Assembly: GCF_013315695.1 (NCBI RefSeq)
Contig: NZ_CP054353.1
DNA: 64,000 nt
DNA from: Escherichia coli
Lineage (GTDB): Bacteria; Pseudomonadota; Gammaproteobacteria; Enterobacterales; Enterobacteriaceae
Strand: one strand, 5' to 3'
Shown in pieces: positions 53,200 through 64,000 of the stretch; the stretch's first letter is position 1, and every line of letters starts with the position of its first letter. Below the pieces are notes generated by a model. It saw only the letters and a program-made list of their open reading frames with translations. It was not told where the DNA came from and ran no database searches. The translations under genes and the position numbers were made by a program.

Positions 53200-53320
53200 C
53201 ATGTCAGATGCGGCATGAACGCCTGATTTGGCCTACAAAGGTTTATAACTCAGGAACTTTGTAGGCCTGGTAAGCGTAGCGCAGCAGGCAATTTCGCCTC
53301 GCTTTTATGCCTGGCGAATT
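53200..53320. repeat. Palindromic extragenic repeats (REP/IRU-like)
   Basis: GCCTACAAAGGTTTATAACTCAGGAACTTTGTAGGC palindrome plus flanking GC-rich palindromes between yajQ and yajR. Confidence 0.4.
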
Positions 53321-54669
53321 GCCTGTTCAACCTCAAAGCGATTCGTCACTTTGCTGTCGATTTTCACATACGCTGAATGTTCTTCTTCTGCAATCAACAC
53401 TTCTTTGACGCCTTCAGTTTCCAGCAAACGTACTTTTAACGCTTCGTTTGCGGCAATGTCCGCCGGGATTTCAATGCGCAAGCTGCTGACATACGGCGGT
53501 TCTTTCATGGTACTGGCGACTGCCAGCCACACTGCGGCCAGCATTGCGCCAGCGAGAAATACGCCCTGACCGTCAAACATGCCGTCAATCCAGCCGCCCA
53601 GCGAACCGCCAATCGCCACGCCAAGAAACTGGCTGGTGGAGTAAACACCCATCGCCGTACCTTTGTAACCTGCTGGCGATTCTTTACTGATAAGTGAAGG
53701 CAGAAGGGCTTCCATCAAATTAAACGCCACAAAGAAAAGCTGCACGCCGACCACCAGTTGCCAGAACTGCGTTTGTGCGTTCCACAACACAATTTCCGCA
53801 ACCACGATCAACCCGACGCAAAAGACAAAGACTTGCTTCATTTTGCGCTTAACTTCAGCGTAGATAATGAAAGGCACGACCGAGCCAAAGGCGATTAACA
53901 TCGTTGCCAGGTAGACCTTCCAGTGTTCAGCCGCCGGGAACCCCGCATCAGCCATCTGTCCGGGCAGGGCAACAAAGGTCGACATCAGCAAAATATGCAG
54001 ACACATAATGCCAAAGTTGAGTTTCAGCAGCCGCGGTTCCGCCAGCACTTTACTGAAACTGCCTTTCACCATTCCGGACTCACGATTAAGTACGTGAGTG
54101 CTACTGTTGGGCACAACCCAAATGGTCAACGCAATGCCGGTTGTTGCCAGAATAGCGATCATCCAGAACAGCGCGTGCAGCCCAAGTTTGTGAGTGATGA
54201 TCGGGCCAAGTACCATCGCAATGGCAAAGGTAATGCCAAAGCTCACGCCGATAAACGCCATCGCTTTGGTGCGGTTTTGTTCGCGCGTAAGATCGGAAAG
54301 CAGCGCCATAACGGCAGCGGCAATCGCACCGGAGCCTTGTAGCGCCCGGCCCAGAATAATTCCCCAGATGGAGTCAGAGAGCGCAGCGATAACGCTACCG
54401 GCGGCAAACACCGCCAGCCCACCGACAATTAATGGTTTGCGACCAATGCGGTCTGAAAGCAGGCCAAACGGAATCTGAAAAACGGCCTGCGTCAGACCAT
54501 AAATACCAATGGCAATACCGATTAATGCTTCGCTGGCACCTTGCAGAGCCATGCCGTACGTGGTCAGAACCGGCAGAACCATAAACATGCCCAGCATGCG
54601 CAACGAGAATACGGTGCCTAAACCCCAGGTCGCGCGCCGCTCACCTGGCGTCATTTTATAATCGTTCAT
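53305..54669 (-). CDS. yajR: YajR, MFS transporter with C-terminal YAM domain
   Basis: 454-aa protein from MNDYKMTPGERRATWGLGTVFSLRMLG... Confidence 0.9.
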   Translation of the reverse strand: MNDYKMTPGERRATWGLGTVFSLRMLGMFMVLPVLTTYGMALQGASEALIGIAIGIYGLTQAVFQIPFGLLSDRIGRKPLIVGGLAVFAAGSVIAALSDSIWGIILGRALQGSGAIAAAVMALLSDLTREQNRTKAMAFIGVSFGITFAIAMVLGPIITHKLGLHALFWMIAILATTGIALTIWVVPNSSTHVLNRESGMVKGSFSKVLAEPRLLKLNFGIMCLHILLMSTFVALPGQMADAGFPAAEHWKVYLATMLIAFGSVVPFIIYAEVKRKMKQVFVFCVGLIVVAEIVLWNAQTQFWQLVVGVQLFFVAFNLMEALLPSLISKESPAGYKGTAMGVYSTSQFLGVAIGGSLGGWIDGMFDGQGVFLAGAMLAAVWLAVASTMKEPPYVSSLRIEIPADIAANEALKVRLLETEGVKEVLIAEEEHSAYVKIDSKVTNRFEVEQAIRQA

Positions 54670-55075
54670 TACCACCTCTTAAAAAAATGCCCACATAGTG
54701 TAGTGCGGAGCGCATGTTGGGTAAACAGAGTGTTAATGAGAAAATATTACAGAGGAGAATAGTTTGTGTGTCAGGTATGTTTATTTTGCATTCATAAAAT
54801 GAATGCTCTATATGTTGAAAAAATTATTCTTAAAGCTAAATAGTTTTACATCAAAAGTAATAATATTATTTCTTGATTGCTATGTGCATTTTTTATCTTG
54901 CGAACATGCTATTTTTATCTCACTAAATAAACGATTTGGTGACATCGATGATAATGTTTCAGGTTAAATGTGTGCTTATTACTTGGGCCTTTATTGTACT
55001 GTATTTATTCATTAAATGGATGTTTGGTGGTTAATTATCATGGAAATATATGACAGAGAGAGCATAAAGGTATAC

Positions 55076-56011
55076 ATGTTAACTAAAAGAATATTATTTT
55101 CTTTAATGCTAATAGTTTCACCATGCGTGGTGGCAAGCGAGAAAGCGCATGAATTGTATGACAGCATATACGGTGGTCAACCTGCGCCCGATGTTATAAA
55201 TAGACTGCATAAAATGGCTGAATTGGGAGATGTCGACGCGCAGAGCCTGTTAGGCTGGGAATATTATCAGCCTCGCTTTGATACCAAACCTGATGTTCAG
55301 GAAGCGATTAAATGGTTTGAGTTAGCCGCTAAACACGGTGATAGAGAAGCTCCGTTAGCGCTGGGGAGTATCTACTACGACGGTGAGCTGGTGCGGGTGG
55401 ATTATGCCAAAGCGTATGCACTATTTAATCAGGCCGCGCAATACGGTGTGAATTTAGCATGGTCCAGGTTGGGCATGATGTACGCCAATGGTCAGTATGT
55501 TGAGGTCGATTGTAAGAAAGCGAAGGAATATCTTGATAAAGGTGTCCACATTTATGGTGGTCCGGAAGACTTTCTGGCTACATGTCGAAAAGACATGATT
55601 GACAGAAAAATGGTTGACGATACGTTACCCGTGATCACGGTTACCCGTTCTGGGATGCGGGATAATTTTTTAGATAAAGGTTTTTCCTGCATGGATAGCC
55701 TCTTCGCCACCACCAATAAATTAGGCGAAGTGGCCAATCTTCGCGTGACATTCAGCATTCGTAGCCCATCCGGTAAGGAGATTAACCAAACGGTTGGCTT
55801 CGCGCCTTTCGGTTTAAACCGGCTGAATATTAGCTTTACTGATTACATATTTGATTCATTTACCAGTAATTCGTCTCTAATTCTTTATAAACCGGAATTT
55901 GAGCGAAAATCTTGTGCAACTGTAAGGACCACAATCGTTGCCGCAACGGCAACCATTAACGGCAAGGATGTGGAGTTGCTGAAAGCGGGGGCAATTGAAC
56001 AAAAGTGGTAA
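55076..56011 (+). CDS. Secreted Sel1-repeat (SLR/TPR-like) protein with an uncharacterised C-terminal domain
   Basis: RBS AAAGG 6 bp upstream of ATG 55076; signal peptide MLTKRILFSLMLIVSPCVVA; repeated ...A..W...AA..G...A...LG..YY.G... Sel1 motifs; not part of the K-12 yajR-cyoE junction as I recall it. Confidence 0.7.
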   Translation: MLTKRILFSLMLIVSPCVVASEKAHELYDSIYGGQPAPDVINRLHKMAELGDVDAQSLLGWEYYQPRFDTKPDVQEAIKWFELAAKHGDREAPLALGSIYYDGELVRVDYAKAYALFNQAAQYGVNLAWSRLGMMYANGQYVEVDCKKAKEYLDKGVHIYGGPEDFLATCRKDMIDRKMVDDTLPVITVTRSGMRDNFLDKGFSCMDSLFATTNKLGEVANLRVTFSIRSPSGKEINQTVGFAPFGLNRLNISFTDYIFDSFTSNSSLILYKPEFERKSCATVRTTIVAATATINGKDVELLKAGAIEQKW

Positions 56012-56066
56012 CGCTGCTCAGTCCCCGGCTGAGGCAAAACTAGCCCTGGCCGGAGGCGATAATAAT

Positions 56067-56609
56067 CTAAGCCGCGAGAATATGCTGAATCGCTAAAAAC
56101 ATCGGTACAGCACCGAAAACATTGGGCCTCGCTGAAAGCTGAACAAAGCCGAGGCGAGTATAAAAGTTAATGGCGGCAGGGTCAGCATCAAGATAAACCC
56201 CTTTAATTGGTAATGCACGGTGAATTATTTTTACATGTTCAAAAAAATCACATAGTAGGTCCTGACCAAAGCCCCGCTTTTGATATTTCCGCGCTACCCC
56301 TAACATGACTAATCTGACAACACCAATCTCTGAAGGTTGTGAACCCTGAAGGACGCCAGAAACGCGTTGTTTTTCCAGCGAATATGCCGTAAAAGTACAG
56401 ATGCCAATCAGTTCACCACTTTGTCTGTCAATAAGAGCTTTAGCAGCACAGTCGCTATTACGCACACTTTTCTTTAGCGATGCGCGTACAAATTTATCGA
56501 TAACAGGGTTACCGCAATCAAACTGTTTTTGCCCAGGATAAGTAATATCAGACTGATAATTACAGGAGAGGACTATGGGCAGAGTAATCTCTTCATGCTT
56601 GTCGACCAT
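56067..56609 (-). CDS. GNAT-family acetyltransferase toxin (TacT/AtaT/ItaT-like type II toxin)
   Basis: 180-aa ORF with N-terminal FDCG motif (QKQFDCGNPVIDKF), cf. QRFDCGEEALN remembered from AtaT; GNAT acetyl-CoA signature (RGFGQDLLCDFFE); immediately downstream of and overlapping a DUF1778-type antitoxin. Confidence 0.75.
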   Translation of the reverse strand: MVDKHEEITLPIVLSCNYQSDITYPGQKQFDCGNPVIDKFVRASLKKSVRNSDCAAKALIDRQSGELIGICTFTAYSLEKQRVSGVLQGSQPSEIGVVRLVMLGVARKYQKRGFGQDLLCDFFEHVKIIHRALPIKGVYLDADPAAINFYTRLGFVQLSARPNVFGAVPMFLAIQHILAA

Positions 56610-56904
56610 CGCTGTTTTTCCTTTTCATTAACGCCTTGAGGGCGAGCGTCGGTTGAGCAGGTTCAGCGATGAGTTGGTTCATCAGTTCCCAGCTTTGATT
56701 CGAAAGCTCACGGCGACGTTGGTTATCAAGCACACTTTCGGCGCGTTCCATAGCTGCGCTCAAAATAAAAGCGCTTAAATCTACCCCAACGGCTTGCGCA
56801 GCTTCACGAAGTTTGTTTTTGGCGTCGGGACTGGTTTTGAGTTCAACCCGCGCATTTTTCAGCGTTTTATCGATATCGGGTAGAGCGACTGTTTTTCCAG
56901 GCAT
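56593..56904 (-). CDS. DUF1778 (RHH) antitoxin partner of the GNAT toxin (TacA/AtaR-like)
   Basis: 103-aa protein from MPGKTVALPDIDKTLKNARVELKTSPDAKNKLREAAQAVGVDLSAFILSAAMERAE...; RBS AGAGG upstream of ATG at 56904; ORF track start at 56970 is probably over-extended. Confidence 0.7.
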   Translation of the reverse strand: MPGKTVALPDIDKTLKNARVELKTSPDAKNKLREAAQAVGVDLSAFILSAAMERAESVLDNQRRRELSNQSWELMNQLIAEPAQPTLALKALMKRKNSDGRQA

Positions 56905-57052
56905 TATGACCTCTTTGATTAACTGAATGAAATCGTAGGGAGTCGATCTCATGCATAATACGGCTATCAACCGTGTGATTAATTTATGTGCATATGCTCA
57001 CTCTGTCAAGAGATACGGTTATTAGCCGTATCTCTGATCTCAGACAATAAAA

Positions 57053-57075
57053 AAGGTGCCGTAGCACCTTTTTTA
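57053..57075 (-). terminator. Rho-independent terminator of the cyoABCDE operon
   Basis: AAGGTGCCGTAGCACCTT hairpin flanked by A-run and T-run (reads as a terminator on both strands). Confidence 0.75.
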
Positions 57076-57088
57076 TAGAGAGGTTGTA

Positions 57089-57979
57089 TTACCACACAGC
57101 AGCCAGCAGCGTATGCGAGTTCGGCACCATAAAATCAACGGACATCATCACCGAGAGGGCAGTGATGGCGATGATAGAGAAGCCGAACAGCTTGCGCGCC
57201 CAGATTCGATCATCAGCAACTTTATAGCCGCGCAGAGCCATGCCTAACCACCAGACGCTCACCGCAGCGGCGACCACCAGATATTTATACCCAGCGTAGC
57301 CGCCAAGAGAGAGCATCAGCGTGGCAACGGCAAAGGCGATGATATACAGCGTGATGTGATTCTTCGCCACCGAAATGCCTTTCACCACCGGCAGTACCGG
57401 AATGTTTGCCGCCTGATAATCCTTAAAGCGGAAAATGGCGATGGCATAAGAATGAGGCATCTGCCACAGGCTGAAGATAGCCAGCAGGATCGCTGCGCCG
57501 CTATCGAACTCGCCGGTTACCGCACAGTAACCGATCACCGGAGGCGCAGCGCCGGAGAGCGAACCAATCAATGTGCCGTAGACAGAATGACGTTTCATGT
57601 ACAGGCTATAAACGCCGACATAAACCACAAAGCCCATCACCCCCAGCCAGCAGGCCAGCGGATTCGCGCCAAACCACAGCAGCATAAAGCCAGCAAAGCC
57701 TAGCAAGGTGGCGTACACCAGCGAGACAGCAGGAGAGATCAGGCCTTTAACCAGCACCCGATTCTTCGTCCTTTCCATCTTTCTGTCGATATCCCTGTCG
57801 ATGTAGTTGTTAAACACACAACCCGACGCCACAACCAGTGACACCCCAACCAGCGTGTAGATAAACAGGGGATAATCAATGCTGCCCTTTGAGGCCAGCA
57901 GGAATCCCCCAATCACCGAGATCAGGTTGCCAAAGATGATGCCTGGTTTCGTTACTTGCAGGTATTGCTTAAACATCAT
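57089..57979 (-). CDS. cyoE: Heme O synthase (protoheme IX farnesyltransferase)
   Basis: 296-aa protein from [25 protein letters not shown]... Confidence 0.95.
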   Translation of the reverse strand: MMFKQYLQVTKPGIIFGNLISVIGGFLLASKGSIDYPLFIYTLVGVSLVVASGCVFNNYIDRDIDRKMERTKNRVLVKGLISPAVSLVYATLLGFAGFMLLWFGANPLACWLGVMGFVVYVGVYSLYMKRHSVYGTLIGSLSGAAPPVIGYCAVTGEFDSGAAILLAIFSLWQMPHSYAIAIFRFKDYQAANIPVLPVVKGISVAKNHITLYIIAFAVATLMLSLGGYAGYKYLVVAAAVSVWWLGMALRGYKVADDRIWARKLFGFSIIAITALSVMMSVDFMVPNSHTLLAAVW

Positions 57980-57990
57980 AACCGCCGCTC

Positions 57991-60927
<2,937 letters not shown>

Positions 60928-60936
60928 TCAACCCCT

Positions 60937-61884
<948 letters not shown>

Positions 61885-62343
61885 TTAACGACCTCAATTC
61901 CACGGGATCTGGTGGCGTTTAAAGTGTGTGGGCATTTTACGGGAAGGTTACATTACTGTAAACATGATTAAATTCCTGTTACTTGGATTTGGCTTCCAGG
62001 TCACATATGTTGCAAAACATATCGGATTGATTTTAAGAAGCTGTTGCAAAAGGGCGTTATAACAAAAGGGGAGTGCAGAAGGAGTCTGGGCGGGCAATTG
62101 GTATAACCAATGCGAAATAAAACAATTATTTAACAAATAATTATCATTAAAGTGACAACTTGGTAGTGAGAAAATAAAGCTTCATTAGCTGAATCGTGTA
62201 AGAAAAATAGAATTCATAAATGGCGTCAATAATTTCCAAACGCTAAGCCGCACAAAAGAACAAATATTAATAAGCGATGCTGATGTTTATTTAGCCGTAA
62301 TAATTACGGCGAGTGATTACTACAGCTAAATAATATTTACAGA

Positions 62344-63819
62344 TTACGTCAGATGTGTTTTTCGTAGCGCCAGATAATCCAGTAAACCACCAAGCACGAC
62401 GCCAGAAAGGGCGACTAAAACCCCGACTTCCAGCAGAGCAGGCAGGAAAGAGAAGTGCGTCAAATCCAGCGCGTCCATCGTCAACAGCAGTAACCACACG
62501 GCCAACAGGCTGACGCCCGCCGCCAGTGTCCACATGGCAAAGGCATAACCTGCCGGATATTCGGTACGGGAGATAAAGTTGTCATTTACTCGTGTATATT
62601 CAAGCGTCTGGCGACAAATCAGCAGTAAAATAAGCCCTGGTACGGCAGCGGCGACGGAGAACAGATAGAATGTCGACCAGCCGTGTGCTTCAACAAACCA
62701 ACCCGCCACGGGGCCGACATAAACTCGCCCTACAGCAGAAAGCGCTGAGAGCAGGGCAAATTGAGTAGCGGAAAATGACTTATTACACAGCGTCATTAAC
62801 AGCGCGACAAAGGCTGATGTACCCATCCCGCCACAGAGGTTTTCGAAAAAGACGGCTGCACCCATGCTGTAGAGATGCTTATCAGTAATCGACAGCAGCC
62901 AGTAACCGGCGTTAGATGCACCTTGTAAAATGCCGAAAATCAGCAGTGCACGGAACAGCGACAGGCGCTGCATCAAAATCCCACCGTACAATGCGCCAAC
63001 AATGGTCGCCAGTAAGCCAAGCGTTTTGTTAACCACGCCTACTTCACCCGCATCAAACCCGACGCCGCGAATCAAAAACGTGGTTGTCAGGCTCATAGCG
63101 AATGCGTCGCCCAGCTTATACAGCACGATAAGAAGCAAAATAAGCCAGGCATTATTGCGACCAAAGAAATCGCGCAGAGGTGCAACAACCGCTTGTTCCA
63201 GCGTTTTGGGCACAGGAATGGTGTCGGTGGGTTCTGGTGCAAGCAACGTCGCGATAATACAGGGGATCAACAGCGCCGCCATCAACCAGTACATGCCCTG
63301 CCAGCCCAGCCATTTATCTGCCAGCCACAGGGCTAAGCCGCCGGAAACCAGCATCCCTAAACGGTAACCCAGCACGCTGATTGCCGCGCCCGCACCACGT
63401 TCTTCTGCCGGGAGCACATCGGTTTTCCACGCATCGAAGACAATATCCTGGGAGGCAGAGCAAAAAGCGATCACCACCGCCAGTGCCGCCATCCAGCGGA
63501 GCTGGGTGCCTGGTTCGAGAAAACCCATCGCCGCAATGGCGACTAATAACAGAATTTGCGTGGCGAGCAGCCAACCGCGCCGCCGCCCGAAAAATGGGGG
63601 CGTGTAGCGGTCCATCAGTGGTGACCAGAGGAATTTAAAAACGTAAGCCTGGCCTACCAGAGAGAAGAAACCAATGGTTTTGAGATCGATATTCTCGACC
63701 GTCATCCAGGCCTGTAAGGTGCCGGACGTCAGGGCGAGCGGTAGCCCGGAAGCAAAACCCAGAATCAGCAATATGGCTGAACGTGGCTGTTGAAAAATAC
63801 GTAAATATTGACTGGACAT
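62344..63819 (-). CDS. ampG: Muropeptide (anhydromuropeptide) permease AmpG
   Basis: 491-aa MFS ORF MSSQYLRIFQQPRSAILLILGFASGLPLALTSGTLQAWMT... Confidence 0.95.
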   Translation of the reverse strand: MSSQYLRIFQQPRSAILLILGFASGLPLALTSGTLQAWMTVENIDLKTIGFFSLVGQAYVFKFLWSPLMDRYTPPFFGRRRGWLLATQILLLVAIAAMGFLEPGTQLRWMAALAVVIAFCSASQDIVFDAWKTDVLPAEERGAGAAISVLGYRLGMLVSGGLALWLADKWLGWQGMYWLMAALLIPCIIATLLAPEPTDTIPVPKTLEQAVVAPLRDFFGRNNAWLILLLIVLYKLGDAFAMSLTTTFLIRGVGFDAGEVGVVNKTLGLLATIVGALYGGILMQRLSLFRALLIFGILQGASNAGYWLLSITDKHLYSMGAAVFFENLCGGMGTSAFVALLMTLCNKSFSATQFALLSALSAVGRVYVGPVAGWFVEAHGWSTFYLFSVAAAVPGLILLLICRQTLEYTRVNDNFISRTEYPAGYAFAMWTLAAGVSLLAVWLLLLTMDALDLTHFSFLPALLEVGVLVALSGVVLGGLLDYLALRKTHLT

Positions 63820-63862
63820 GGGCGTCTACAGGCCCGGCTTGCACCGGGCCAGAGGGCAGAAA

Positions 63863-64000
63863 TTAACGCGCGTTCTGCTTGATGAATTCGTGGATGCTGG
63901 TGTCCTGAGACATATCAGCGATGGTATCGGTCAGCACACTGTTAACCGCATCGGCGATATTTTTGTTGGAGGCCTGGAACGCACCTTCAACGTTGTAGCT
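63863..64000 (-). CDS. yajG: YajG lipoprotein, 3' end only (gene continues beyond the window)
   Basis: Reverse-strand frame open to the window edge, ending ...SIHEFIKQNAR-stop; position after ampG as in K-12; identity by synteny, the C-terminal sequence is not independently remembered. Confidence 0.6.
   Translation of the reverse strand, partial: SYNVEGAFQASNKNIADAVNSVLTDTIADMSQDTSIHEFIKQNAR

Overview
This 64 kb window reads as an Escherichia coli chromosomal segment colinear with the K-12 sbmA-yaiW-yaiY-yaiZ-ddlA-iraP-phoA-psiF-dgcC-proC-yaiI-aroL-yaiA-aroM-ppnP-rdgC-mak-araJ-sbcCD-phoBR-brnQ-proY-malZ-acpH-queA-tgt-yajC-secDF-yajD-tsx-yajI-nrdR-ribDE-nusB-thiL-pgpA-yajO-dxs-ispA-xseB-thiI-yajL-panE-yajQ-yajR-cyoEDCBA-ampG-yajG region. 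Gene identities were assigned by reading the supplied ORF translations against remembered E. coli proteins; no database search was run and no GC values were computed. Against that conserved backbone, five segments are absent from the K-12 order as I recall it: (1) an IS1 copy inside araJ with a perfect 9-bp target duplication; (2) a ~1.65 kb AT-rich single-gene islet wedged between the convergent stops of malZ and acpH, encoding a 481-aa protein with a lysine-rich tandem repeat and a C-terminal motif resembling the catalytic Cys box of OTU/papain-like cysteine peptidases; (3) a parD/parE-like toxin-antitoxin pair between secF and yajD; (4) an IS200/IS605-family element in yajI with an intact TnpB and a frameshifted TnpA; (5) a ~2.4 kb islet between yajR and cyoE carrying a secreted Sel1-repeat protein convergent with a GNAT-toxin/DUF1778-antitoxin pair. 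The 481-aa gene is the best candidate for something undescribed, but its function is inference from one short motif. No rRNA, tRNA or CRISPR array was seen.
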